From NCBI GenBank assembly GCA_043825875.1, contig JBDRRF010000057.1, positions 1 to 64,000 on the forward strand: DNA of 64,000 bases, given 5' to 3'. The notes beneath the pieces are model-generated. The model did not search any database. It saw nothing but the letters and a program-made list of their open reading frames with translations, and was not told the DNA's origin. The stretch is from Pseudomonadota bacterium. GTDB lineage: Bacteria > Desulfobacterota > Desulfobacteria > Desulfobacterales > RPRI01. The position numbers and the translations under genes are program-made. Shown here one piece after another: positions 51,480 through 61,206 of the stretch. Numbering within the stretch: the stretch's first letter is position 1; the number at the start of each line of letters is the position of its first letter.

Positions 51480-51600
51480 GAGACTGTCGAAAAAGTCCCA
51501 AATCGGTTAATTCGGTCATTTTGTATTCTATAATATCAGATAGTTACAAATTAGAAATGGGACGCTGTTATGATTTAAGGTTTAGCCTTTAATCAGAAAG
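51480..51600. mobile_element. Isolated IS-end remnant
   Basis: GAGACTGTCGAAAAAG begins immediately beside the cassette GTT; a related GAGATTGTCGAAAAAC lies at 55556; no transposase seen. Confidence 0.4.
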
Positions 51601-51758
51601 TTAGATTGGCAAGAAGCGCTATATGAACTTAAAAACCTAACAACGTTATATTTCTTCTAATTTTGAGATATTTTTTGCAATAATATATTTTGATGTTCTT
51701 TATTTATCCAACCAATATTTTACCAAAGTCGGATATATTTTCTTAAAAGACCTCATTA

Positions 51759-52046
51759 TTAGACTGGTTCTTTTGGTAGCTGTGCGCTATGCCAAACTGC
51801 AACAATCCATACAAGATCGTCTTTGATTTTATAAAAAAAGCGATACGGCGATATAATCATCTCCCGGTATGGCAGTTCCGGAAATTCAGGTATGATTCTT
51901 CCGGATTCCGGAAAGTCTTCAAGTCTTCGCAAAATTTTTTCACTTCGATTCCTAAAGTTGACTGCCGCCGAAGGTTTATCCCGTGAGATATATGATAACG
52001 CCGAAAGGAATTGATTCTTGGCAGAAGGAGTAAATTGAACTTTCAA
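51759..52046 (-). CDS. RelE/ParE toxin
   Basis: V.FTPSA, L.DFPESGR..PE, YRFFY, VWH. Confidence 0.9.
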   Translation of the reverse strand: MKVQFTPSAKNQFLSALSYISRDKPSAAVNFRNRSEKILRRLEDFPESGRIIPEFPELPYREMIISPYRFFYKIKDDLVWIVAVWHSAQLPKEPV

Positions 52047-52324
52047 TAGGGCTCTCTATCCAAAAGGGCATCGGCTTCGGCAAGGACGGTATCTATGTCA
52101 TAACCTTCACCTTTTTCTATTTCCCTATCTCCTTTGGCTAAAAGACGCAGAAGTTCTTTTTCGTGTTCAGATTTTTCATAGGCATCCACACCCATTATTA
52201 CCGCTGTTGCCCGCCCTCTTTGTGTAATGATTAAGGGCTCTTTATTGTTTCGCAATTGTTTCAGCAGCTTGGCTGCATCCTGCCTCAAATCGCTTACTGG
52301 TATGATATTTGATAGTTTACCCAT
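52043..52324 (-). CDS. Phd/YefM-family antitoxin
   Basis: IIPVSDLR, PLIITQRGRA; overlaps the toxin start. Confidence 0.9.
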   Translation of the reverse strand: MGKLSNIIPVSDLRQDAAKLLKQLRNNKEPLIITQRGRATAVIMGVDAYEKSEHEKELLRLLAKGDREIEKGEGYDIDTVLAEADALLDREPY

Positions 52325-52534
52325 ATGGCACCTCCTATTGTATTTTTACATGTACCATCAAACGTCCTATAAGGCAAGCATTTATGCAACCTATATAGTA
52401 TGGTCAGATACACCAACATCACAATAATTTGTCAAAATCGGATATTTTTTTGACGATGAATAAAATTTTTGATAGTCTATAGAACATATCGCAATAACCG
52501 CATCAAATTGAAAATTATTTACAAGGAAAACGAT

Positions 52535-52885
52535 ATGGCAGATACACCTTTTCCATCAAAAATTGAAAAGTTTGAAATTCAGGCTTATAAAAAGCCGAAA
52601 GATTTTAAAGCTCTTACAGAAACACATGTTCCGTTTTCAGGCTCTCCGCAGCGACACCCTTATGATGATGAAAAGATTTTACTTATTACAGACCCGTTTA
52701 GCAGCAATACAACTTATTATGAGTTTAAAAACAAAGATATTGATTATCTGGAAGAGCTTTCAAATATTGTCGATATAAGGGGAAAAGCGATTACAATGGT
52801 TCGTATATGGATAAGAAAATTAAGTGTCGGTATTCGTTGTGCCCCCTTTATTGTTGAAGATATCCAAACCATAAAGGCAGATTAA
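52535..52885 (+). CDS. Hypothetical protein (116 aa)
   Basis: AGGA SD; FSGSP.RHPYD motif; function not established. Confidence 0.75.
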   Translation: MADTPFPSKIEKFEIQAYKKPKDFKALTETHVPFSGSPQRHPYDDEKILLITDPFSSNTTYYEFKNKDIDYLEELSNIVDIRGKAITMVRIWIRKLSVGIRCAPFIVEDIQTIKAD

Positions 52886-53869
52886 TTACCCGGTTGAGAT
52901 TCTCCATAAATTGTAACCTAAATATAAAGTTACCAATAGTACTCCTTCCCGGCGCATTATTCTGTTTTTATTAGTAAGACACATAGGTAATAAAAATAGG
53001 GAAAGGAACAGCATCATCAAAAGATCATAGGTGCCGCCTTTTGCTGGAACGGGGATTGGTCGAAATGATGCGCAAAAGCCGTTGACCAGCAGAAGATTAA
53101 ATATGTTTGATCCGACAACATTGCCTATGGCAATATCTGTTTGTCCCTTCCATGTAGCTATACCTGAGGTCACGAGTTCGGGCAGGCTGGTACCGATAGC
53201 AATAATTGTCAAACCAATGATTACACGTGGGACATTGAGTAATTCGGCAACCACTACCGCAGCATCTACTGCTATCTTGCCCCCGGCAACCAGAAGAATT
53301 AGTCCTGCAATGAAAAGAAATAGATTATATACAGATGCTTTAAAACTTTTTTTCTCTGTAAACTCCTCAAACTGCTGAATAAGCGGATCTGCCTTCCTTT
53401 TGCGTATAACATCACCAATGGTGTAAAACATGAAAACACAAAAAATAAGCAGGAAAATAAGCCCATCCGAGCGGTCGTAAACATTTGGAGAGTTGCGGAG
53501 AAAAGTATCCATTCCTGCAACCAAGGCCAAAAGAGATGCAAGCACCATCATGGGAATTTCGCGTGCTATGATTACACCTTTGATAGCCAATGGCCTGATT
53601 ATTGCTGAAATTCCAAGTACTAATCCAATATTGGCAATGTTTGAACCGATTATATTACCAAAAGAAATATCTGAGTTACCATTATATGCAGCCAGAAGAT
53701 TAACAGACAGTTCCGGCGCACTGGTTCCAAAAGCTACTACGGTAAGGCCTATAACAAGCGGAGAAACCCCAAGATTTTTTGCTAAAGCAGAGGCACCTCT
53801 AACAAGGATATCGCCACCGCCCAGAAGAAAGGCAAGGCCAACAAAAAGGAGAAGAAGGTTTATAGCCAC
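52886..53869 (-). CDS. Ca2+/Na+ antiporter (YrbG-like)
   Basis: GTSAPEL/GNIIGSNI and GTSLPEL/GNVVGSNI alpha repeats. Confidence 0.95.
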   Translation of the reverse strand: MAINLLLLFVGLAFLLGGGDILVRGASALAKNLGVSPLVIGLTVVAFGTSAPELSVNLLAAYNGNSDISFGNIIGSNIANIGLVLGISAIIRPLAIKGVIIAREIPMMVLASLLALVAGMDTFLRNSPNVYDRSDGLIFLLIFCVFMFYTIGDVIRKRKADPLIQQFEEFTEKKSFKASVYNLFLFIAGLILLVAGGKIAVDAAVVVAELLNVPRVIIGLTIIAIGTSLPELVTSGIATWKGQTDIAIGNVVGSNIFNLLLVNGFCASFRPIPVPAKGGTYDLLMMLFLSLFLLPMCLTNKNRIMRREGVLLVTLYLGYNLWRISTG

Positions 53870-53893
53870 AAATACACCCCGTTAAATATACTT

Positions 53894-54709
53894 TCAAATT
53901 TCTTTTCGATTAAAAAAAACCAGCGTTAGCGCCATTATTAAAAGAATAAAAAAGGAAATATTGAAAAGCGGGTGCAAAGGCCCCATATTATGAAATTCAC
54001 TTTTGCCAAGTATTGAATCTGCATAAGACTGCACCATGAATACTTTTGGATATAAAATCCGCCATAAAGCAAGTTCAGAACTTGCTGAGGAATTGGTGGC
54101 ATATCTTACAATATCACTATTTAAAATCTGATACCCGCCATCGGAAATAAAACCAACGAACAAAATGCCCATAGTAAAAAGCGCACTTATAAAATCAGGC
54201 ATAAAAAGAGAAAGTAAGCAGACACATACAATCACAAAAAGAAGATTAACCGAACATATCAAAGATGCACCCAGATATCCCGTAATGAAGGTTCCTGTTT
54301 TTAACCATACAGTCAAAAAGATCGTTGAGTGAAGTATTAACATGAAAATAAGACAAAGTACCCATGTGCCTGTTACCCTGCCAAGAACATATTGCCATCT
54401 GCAAACTGATCTTGAAAGAAACAAAACAACACTTCCATCTTCATGATCCCGGCTGAATATCTTCATTGATAACATGGAAACCATCAGAAACATTCCGGCG
54501 GTAACCAGATGAAAAACAATTTTTGAAACATGCCAGGCAACCGAAGCATTATCTACCTGTTCTCCATTAATCGTATATCCGCCGTCATAACATCCGCGGA
54601 TCATCAGTATAAACATAACAGATAACCCCAGCAGTATATAAAAGCTTTTATTCCTCAGCTGGTCCAGCATGGTATAGCCTATAATTTTTATTACATTATT
54701 CATTTTCAT
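53894..54709 (-). CDS. ABC-2 type permease
   Basis: Six TMs; DHEDGS..LFLSRSV.R. Confidence 0.8.
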   Translation of the reverse strand: MKMNNVIKIIGYTMLDQLRNKSFYILLGLSVMFILMIRGCYDGGYTINGEQVDNASVAWHVSKIVFHLVTAGMFLMVSMLSMKIFSRDHEDGSVVLFLSRSVCRWQYVLGRVTGTWVLCLIFMLILHSTIFLTVWLKTGTFITGYLGASLICSVNLLFVIVCVCLLSLFMPDFISALFTMGILFVGFISDGGYQILNSDIVRYATNSSASSELALWRILYPKVFMVQSYADSILGKSEFHNMGPLHPLFNISFFILLIMALTLVFFNRKEI

Positions 54710-55409
54710 GCTCTATGTATCGAATAAAAACATCTTCGAGTGTTTCGTGATCTTTCACGATTGCATTGATGTTATCCTTGACAAGTATTTTTCCCTTGTA
54801 CATTATAGCCGCAGTATCACATGTTTTTTCCACTTCTGAAAGCAGGTGGGAGTTTAATACCACGGTCACCCCTTTGCCGAGAAGATTTTCAACAATTTTT
54901 CTTACATCGCGGATGCCGATAGGATCAAGCCCGGTGATGGGTTCATCCAATATCAGCAGTTTTGGCTCTCCCAGCATGGCAGCCCCCAGACCGACGCGCT
55001 GTTTCATGCCTCTTGAATATGCTGCTGTTTTTTTCCTTTCCTCTCCTTTCATGGAAACCATTTCAAGAACCCTGTTTGCTTCGTTTTTTGCGTCTTGCCC
55101 GGTCAGGCCGATTAAAGCAGCATTACGCAACAGATATTCAAGCCCTGAAAGATACGGAGGAATCATATGCTGTTCGGCAACATATCCAATATGCTTGCGG
55201 ACTTCCGGGTCGGAGGCAGACAGTCCGTTTATAGTAATACTTCCTGAAGATGGTTTGATAAAATCAAGAAGCATACGAACGATGCTTGTCTTCCCAGCGC
55301 CGTTTGGCCCAAGCAAAGCAAAAGACTCTCCCTTTTTAATCGAATATGAAACATTATCGACCGCAGTAAAGGAACCAAATTTTTTTGTAACGGAATCAAG
55401 TGTGATCAT
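54696..55409 (-). CDS. ABC transporter ATP-binding protein
   Basis: GPNGAGKT, YSRGMKQR, LDEP. Confidence 0.93.
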   Translation of the reverse strand: MITLDSVTKKFGSFTAVDNVSYSIKKGESFALLGPNGAGKTSIVRMLLDFIKPSSGSITINGLSASDPEVRKHIGYVAEQHMIPPYLSGLEYLLRNAALIGLTGQDAKNEANRVLEMVSMKGEERKKTAAYSRGMKQRVGLGAAMLGEPKLLILDEPITGLDPIGIRDVRKIVENLLGKGVTVVLNSHLLSEVEKTCDTAAIMYKGKILVKDNINAIVKDHETLEDVFIRYIEHENE

Positions 55410-55708
55410 ATCAACTCAATTGTAAAATAGTTTAGGACAACCGCTCAGGTTGTCCAGGTAATATCTATATATAAAAATGCTTTTAGCACCCTTTATCTGC
55501 CAGCGCAAGGGGCTTGGGGGAATGATAGTTATTTGTACCCTAAAACCTCGATAATGAGATTGTCGAAAAACCACTTTACAGCTCGGATATGTCTTCTTCA
55601 AAGTGAATTTACTCATTTGCTTATATGCCCGAATGTTCCAGAAAAACAGCTCAACAATACCCAAGCGTTTACTATAGGGATGGCGACCATCAGCAGTGCC
55701 GATCTTGT

Positions 55709-57637
55709 TTATTCTATTGTCCTTGCAAGTCGGAATCCAACGTCGGCTATGCCGTGATAAATTTCTTTATTGCGCCTGTTCGCGGATCCCACCGTTTTGT
55801 TTCTCCAAGAACCGCCCCTGATCATCCGGGAACGACAATTTCCTGTTGTCCATGCGCTTCCGTCTGTCGGCGCCCACCTATAGTCAGGGTTATCGCAATC
55901 CTCCAGCCACTGCCAGACATTCCCAGCCATGTCATATAGGCCGAATGCGTTTGGTGCAAAGCTGCCTACAGGGGATTTTGATTTGTCGTCCCACCGGCTT
56001 CCACAGATAGTGCAGTTAGCGTGACCTGAGCCGATTTCATCTCCCCAGTAAAACTTCGTAGTTGTTCCAGCTCTTGCCGCATACTCCCACTCGGCTTCGC
56101 TTGGCAGTCGATACTGCTTTCCCGTCTTCTTGTTAACCCATGTGATATAATCCTGCATTTCCTCCCAGTCCATCGAAGTTGCCGGCAGATCGCGCCCGGT
56201 CCATCGATCAGCGTGCCAAGTGTTTCTATCGCACCCACCATCCTCAACACAGGATTCCCACTGATCATATGTAACAGGGTATTTACCGATCTCAAATTGC
56301 TTGATATCAACCCAGTGCTGAGGTTGTGCACATCTGCAGAAGCCGCAGTGTGGATCGCAAGGGTCGGGTGAGCCCATAAGAAATCGCCCTGCTGGAATTT
56401 TCACCATTTGGCCTGTGGCCAAGCGGCTAAGCTGTTCCTGCCATGCCTCTATCTTATCTCGCGCGTTCCTTCCTGTAGGGGGGGTATCTCCCGCAATTGC
56501 TTGGACACGCCGCATGTCATGAATTGCAGCCCCGTATTGGTTGACGACCGCAAGGGCGAGCCCTCGTTGGTAGTTTGCCTCGGCCCACCAAGGTGCAATT
56601 TCGATAGCCTTATCGAATAGATCAACAGCTGATCTGCTGTTTTTATCTTTGTAAGCTTCAATTCCTCGTGCCATGAACTGCCTTGCTTCGTTTGGAATCT
56701 CCAGTTCGGCTGGTTGCTTTCCCTCCCGCTTGACCATGTGATCTGCTGTTGTAAGCTCGGTAAGGTTGCACTCGTTGTTTAGGTTGAAGCTCTTGCCATC
56801 CGTGATCAGGTAATAACCTGACCATACTGACGATGAGAGGGTACACACCTTTCCACTTGGAGGAAAGATGAATGGGTACAGGGAACGACCACGCTCAAGC
56901 CGGTACACTCCGCGCTTCATCGATAAATACTTGTCGCCAAACGAGTAAGTGAGCCAACCCTCTGCAAAGTAATCATCAATGCCATCAAAGTTGATATCGA
57001 CGGCAATTACCTTCTGGAAGAATCTCTTGGGAAGGCCGGGAATGAATATCTCTATTGTCCGATACATCTCATCGATACGTTTCTCGTTGTATGCCTTACC
57101 TACCTTCTTACCTTCGACAATCCAGGCTCGCTTCTGATCCGGGTAGACGATGCATACATTCTTCTCGAAATTCGAGAGCACCAGTTCTCTTATGGGATAG
57201 AGATCGATGCGCTTCGTCTTAAAACGGATCGACAGAGCATGGTCTTCGAAGACCTTTCCGTTTTTCACTGCAGCGAAAAGGTCCTTTAGCTTGTCTTTTC
57301 GCCAGTACTGATAGACGTCATAGTTGAATCCAGGTATATCAAGTGATACCAGAGCCCAGATTTTCTTCTTCTTTCCCTCAGACCAAGTTTCGTAACAGCT
57401 GTAGCCGATCTTCTTATCCGGATCGATCCACTCTACGTTTAAGTAGGCCTCGCACATTGGAAATTTTTCTTTCCACGCCTGAGGCGGATCATCTATGAAA
57501 CCCCTATTTGTAGCACTCGGGGTATCAGCGTTGCTTGATGCTGCAAAGGTTAAGGATTGCATACCCATCAGTATAATAACCGCAATGAGAACGAGTACCG
57601 TATATAGATCGAGAGAAAGGTGTCGAATGTTTGCCAT
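55709..57637 (-). CDS. Exported protein: unknown N-domain, TPR, and FGE-sulfatase (SUMF1-like) domain
   Basis: F.MGS, RLPSEAEWEYAARAG, NAFGLYDMAGNVWQW, RGGSW, GFRLAR. Confidence 0.88.
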   Translation of the reverse strand: MANIRHLSLDLYTVLVLIAVIILMGMQSLTFAASSNADTPSATNRGFIDDPPQAWKEKFPMCEAYLNVEWIDPDKKIGYSCYETWSEGKKKKIWALVSLDIPGFNYDVYQYWRKDKLKDLFAAVKNGKVFEDHALSIRFKTKRIDLYPIRELVLSNFEKNVCIVYPDQKRAWIVEGKKVGKAYNEKRIDEMYRTIEIFIPGLPKRFFQKVIAVDINFDGIDDYFAEGWLTYSFGDKYLSMKRGVYRLERGRSLYPFIFPPSGKVCTLSSSVWSGYYLITDGKSFNLNNECNLTELTTADHMVKREGKQPAELEIPNEARQFMARGIEAYKDKNSRSAVDLFDKAIEIAPWWAEANYQRGLALAVVNQYGAAIHDMRRVQAIAGDTPPTGRNARDKIEAWQEQLSRLATGQMVKIPAGRFLMGSPDPCDPHCGFCRCAQPQHWVDIKQFEIGKYPVTYDQWESCVEDGGCDRNTWHADRWTGRDLPATSMDWEEMQDYITWVNKKTGKQYRLPSEAEWEYAARAGTTTKFYWGDEIGSGHANCTICGSRWDDKSKSPVGSFAPNAFGLYDMAGNVWQWLEDCDNPDYRWAPTDGSAWTTGNCRSRMIRGGSWRNKTVGSANRRNKEIYHGIADVGFRLARTIE

Positions 57638-58104
57638 AATCTAACCAAATACCTGTATGTTCAATGCATTATTTATGATGTTTACCTAGTCGTTATACAG
57701 TTCAGGATAATAAAAAATTATTTTTACTCCCCTAAACAATCAGCAATCAATTAAATTTATTTGAGATTATATAATCTTTTGAGGGGTTTTTTGCAATAAT
57801 ATATTTTATTTCCAATTATAGCATTGAAATTATCTCTACATTTAAAAAGAGATTTCTATATGCTGTGTATCAATTCTCTATAGTGGTCGGCTTCTGTCGG
57901 TATTACGATCTGTGGACTTTTTGCAAAACCGTCATTATTGATTTGTTTGTAACCAGTTCGTTATTTATTACAATATTGAAATTACTTTCATATATTAATG
58001 CACATAATTGTAATTTTATTTATCCGGTTTTTAGCTGCAATTCTTAGATAATAATAGCATAACTGCTTATTATCACAATGTCATACTATTCATAAAGCAT
58101 GACA

Positions 58105-58120
58105 TGGTATATTCCTTGCT
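58105..58120 (+). promoter_or_regulatory. Sigma-54 promoter of amtB
   Basis: TGGTAT-ATTCC-TTGCT. Confidence 0.65.
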
Positions 58121-58187
58121 CTTAATTTTGGTTTACAATTTTTTTGTACCTTTTATAAAACAAAATGTAACGATAGGAATAATACTT

Positions 58188-59516
58188 ATGAAGAATAAAT
58201 CTTTACTTACCGCTGTTGTTTCCGTTTTTTTTGCGTTAACTCCACAAATTATTCTTGCAGCTGAAAATACGCCTGTGGATACAGGCACTACCTCATGGAT
58301 GCTTACTTCAACCGCATTTGTGCTTTTGATGGTTCCCGGCCTTGCCATGTTTTACGGGGGGCTTGTTAGAACAAAAAACGTGCTTAGCACCATGATGCTC
58401 AGCTTTGTATCAATGGCTGTTATCGGTGTTCTCTGGGTAGTATGCGGCTACAGCATTGCATTCGGCCCAAATATTCTTGGCGGTTTTGCCGGATGGAGCA
58501 ATGATTATTTCTTTCTAAAAGGCATTGATGATGTAATTGTAAATGGAGTACCGGAATATGTGCTTGCTATGTTTCAGGGCAAGTTTGCGATCATTGCTCC
58601 GGCTTTAATCAGCGGAGCGCTGGTGGAACGCGTTTACTTTCGCGGCTATATCACCTTTATAATACTTTGGATGCTTTTTATTTACTGCCCGTTGTGCCAC
58701 TGGGTATGGGCTACAGACGGCTGGCTTTATAATGCAGGAGCAAGCGGTGTTATTGATCTTGCGGGAGGACTTGTAATTCATGTATCCGCAGGATTCAGCG
58801 CACTTGTTGTAGCGATATTTCTGGGCCCCAGGATTGGTTATCCCAAAACTCCGATGGCCCCCAATAATCTGGTAATGACTTTGACAGGAGCCGGTCTTTT
58901 ATGGGTAGGCTGGTTTGGATTCAATGCCGGTTCGACAGTACACAGCGGTCTGGATACTGCCCGGGCGCTGACCATGACACAGGTTTCGGCCGCAAGCGGT
59001 GCTCTGACCTGGCTCATTATAGAATACTTTAAGTTCCGCAAGGCTACAGCACTTGGATTTGCTTCAGGCATACTTGCAGGGCTTGTTGCAATAACTCCTG
59101 CTGCAGGCGTGGTAATGCCATATGGCGCTATTATATTAGGAGCCCTGTCATCAGTTATATGTTTTTATGCTCTTAACGTTAAAGTGAAGTTAGGATATGA
59201 CGATAGTCTGGATTGTTTTGGAATACACGGTGTGGGAAGCGGTCTGGGAGTGATTATGCTTTCCTTTTTTATCCGTGACAGCTGGATGCAAAGCGCTTCT
59301 GCTGCCGCCCATAAAGTCTGGACTATCTGGGATCAGCTTTCAATTCAGTTGATAGGCATCGGCGCTACAATATTGTTTGCGGTAGTCAGCACCCTGGTAA
59401 TTTGTTTTCTTGTTGAAAAAACTGTTGGCTTCAGGATTGCTGCTGATTTAGAGGCTATAGGGCTTGACCAGTCCATCCACGGTGAACATGGATATGGTTC
59501 CATGCAGGAATACTAG
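58188..59516 (+). CDS. amtB: Ammonium transporter
   Basis: PGLAMFYGGLVR.KN, DLAGGLVIH, LWVGWFGFNAGS, DDSLDCFGIHG. Confidence 0.96.
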   Translation: MKNKSLLTAVVSVFFALTPQIILAAENTPVDTGTTSWMLTSTAFVLLMVPGLAMFYGGLVRTKNVLSTMMLSFVSMAVIGVLWVVCGYSIAFGPNILGGFAGWSNDYFFLKGIDDVIVNGVPEYVLAMFQGKFAIIAPALISGALVERVYFRGYITFIILWMLFIYCPLCHWVWATDGWLYNAGASGVIDLAGGLVIHVSAGFSALVVAIFLGPRIGYPKTPMAPNNLVMTLTGAGLLWVGWFGFNAGSTVHSGLDTARALTMTQVSAASGALTWLIIEYFKFRKATALGFASGILAGLVAITPAAGVVMPYGAIILGALSSVICFYALNVKVKLGYDDSLDCFGIHGVGSGLGVIMLSFFIRDSWMQSASAAAHKVWTIWDQLSIQLIGIGATILFAVVSTLVICFLVEKTVGFRIAADLEAIGLDQSIHGEHGYGSMQEY

Positions 59517-59520
59517 GAAA

Positions 59521-59596
59521 GAAGGGTTCGAGTGAAATGCTTAAAGCATTATAAAGCCATCACTTGAACCCTGGAATCCTCGAATCCTTGAACCCT
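59521..59596. repeat. 8-mer repeat element related to 38393-38482
   Basis: AAGGGTTCGAGTGA...TCACTTGAACCC-TGGAATCC-TCGAATCC-TTGAACCC. Confidence 0.7.
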
Positions 59597-59605
59597 TTTT
59601 GGGAT

Positions 59606-60508
59606 TTATTCCAAACCAAGATCAAAAAGACTGTTGGCATTTTTCCAGAAAATGTTTTCAAGCTGTTCTTTTGTAATTTTGCCTGTTTCATGTAATTTTA
59701 CAAATTTTTCTATTTCATATTTCTGAAACTGCCAGGGGGTATCGGTACCAAAAAGTAATTTGTCCTGATTATGATTATTTAACATATAAAGAAAATTTTC
59801 AAGACTTACATCATGATCATTTCGCGGCCAGTCGCAATTATAGTAACTGCTGGACAGTTCTATATATATACCGCTGTCGATTAAATTCCTGCGCTCAAAA
59901 TCATAAATAAAAAGCCCGCCGCCGTGAGCGGCAATAATTTCTAAATTGGGCAAAATATCATGCAGCTTAAGCAATTTACTGGGATTGGCATAATATTCCG
60001 GCAAATCATCATTAGTAAGATGTTTTGGAGGTACTCTGGAAGTATCAAATATTACGGGAAAACCCATATCAGCAATTTTTTTGAAAAACTCTAAAGACTG
60101 GCGTGAAGTAATATTAAAGCGCTGAAAGACACTATGGAGCTTTATCATCCTGGCATTTTTTGATTTAAGATCAGCCAGTATTTCATCAAGGCGCGGATGG
60201 TTCGGGTGCAAATTTCCACAAAATACGGCCCGTTCGTCTCTTTTGCTTTCATTGTAGTAAAAATCATTGATACGTTCTATTTTTCTCGGATCTTTTACTA
60301 CAGGTAGAATAAAGTATTTTGCTATGCCATTTTCATCAGCAGATTTTGAAAGGTCGTCCAAAGTACCGTCCGCACCACGCCTGAAATTCAACTCGGTTGC
60401 AAAATCTATGGAAAAGGTGTCTTCAATATATTTTTCACGGTATTCCTCTTCAAAGATGTGGGTATGAGTATCTATAATATGTTTGGGTCTAACACTGTAA
60501 TCACTCAA
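59606..60508 (-). CDS. Amidohydrolase_2 family TIM-barrel hydrolase
   Basis: IIDTHTH, IKLH, IAAHGG, LLFGTD.PW, I...NA..LF. Confidence 0.88.
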   Translation of the reverse strand: MSDYSVRPKHIIDTHTHIFEEEYREKYIEDTFSIDFATELNFRRGADGTLDDLSKSADENGIAKYFILPVVKDPRKIERINDFYYNESKRDERAVFCGNLHPNHPRLDEILADLKSKNARMIKLHSVFQRFNITSRQSLEFFKKIADMGFPVIFDTSRVPPKHLTNDDLPEYYANPSKLLKLHDILPNLEIIAAHGGGLFIYDFERRNLIDSGIYIELSSSYYNCDWPRNDHDVSLENFLYMLNNHNQDKLLFGTDTPWQFQKYEIEKFVKLHETGKITKEQLENIFWKNANSLFDLGLE

Positions 60509-60538
60509 TTAACTTTCTCCTGAAACAACAATATTTTT

Positions 60539-60681
60539 GAGCCACTTCCAAAATGTTTCAGCCTGGTCAAGCTCAAGGCGGGAGATAATTTCAACCACAG
60601 AAATACATTTAGTATTTCGAGGATTGAAATTTGAACCCAACGCTTAAGATCGGCCAAAATGGGGCGTTTTGAAACTGGCTC
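60539..60681. mobile_element. MITE copy 1 with 4-bp flanking TTTT duplication
   Basis: GAGCCACTTCCAAAA / TTTTGAAACTGGCTC TIRs; highly similar to copy 2. Confidence 0.8.
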
Positions 60682-60683
60682 TT

Positions 60684-60785
60684 TTATTTATCTTTTTTCT
60701 TATCCTTTTTCTCCTGCTTTTTTTCCTTTAAGCTTTTAGCTGGTTTCTTTTTGTCTTCTTTTTTTTTATCCATTCCTTTTCCCAT
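60684..60785 (-). CDS. Unlisted 33-aa Lys-rich small protein MGKGMDKKKEDKKKPAKSLKEKKQEKKDKKKDK
   Basis: AGGAGG SD, intact ORF ending in TAA. Confidence 0.7.
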   Translation of the reverse strand: MGKGMDKKKEDKKKPAKSLKEKKQEKKDKKKDK

Positions 60786-60866
60786 GTTTACCCTCCTTTT
60801 TCGTCATATCCTGTTTTAAACGATGTTTGCTCCTGATTTTTTCAACAACAAAAATTCAATGCAACT

Positions 60867-61008
60867 GAACCACTTTCAAAACGTTTCAGTTTGGTCAAGC
60901 TCAAGGCGGGCGAAAATTTTAACCACAGGAATACATTGAGTATTTCGAGGATTGAAATTTGAGCCCAACGAAGAGATCGGCCAAAATGGGGCGTTTTGAA
61001 ACTGGCTC
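60867..61008. mobile_element. MITE copy 2 with 4-bp target duplication AACT
   Basis: AACT|GAACCACTTTCAAAA...TTTTGAAACTGGCTC|AACT. Confidence 0.82.
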
Positions 61009-61206
61009 AACTGTTTTTATCTCAAACATTAATGCCCTTAAAATAAAAAAATACTGGAAATAGCAATAAAATCTTTTGTATATTATTCCATCCGAATTTT
61101 CAAATGAATTTGCATTTTACCTCTTTGACCTTTATATGATTTTTTGTTAGTTGTATACATACTAATAATGATGTTTACGAAAAATCATTACAGGAGAAAA
61201 TAGCAT

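Noticed and set aside
54766..55425. Antisense or overlapping ORFs in the track (for example 54766-55425, 8760-9332, 46293-46850)
   Set aside because: They are shadows of well-supported genes on the opposite strand, with no motifs or SD.
60539..61008. Composite transposon that imported the small Lys-rich gene
   Set aside because: Each MITE has its own different flanking duplication and the outer flanks do not match.
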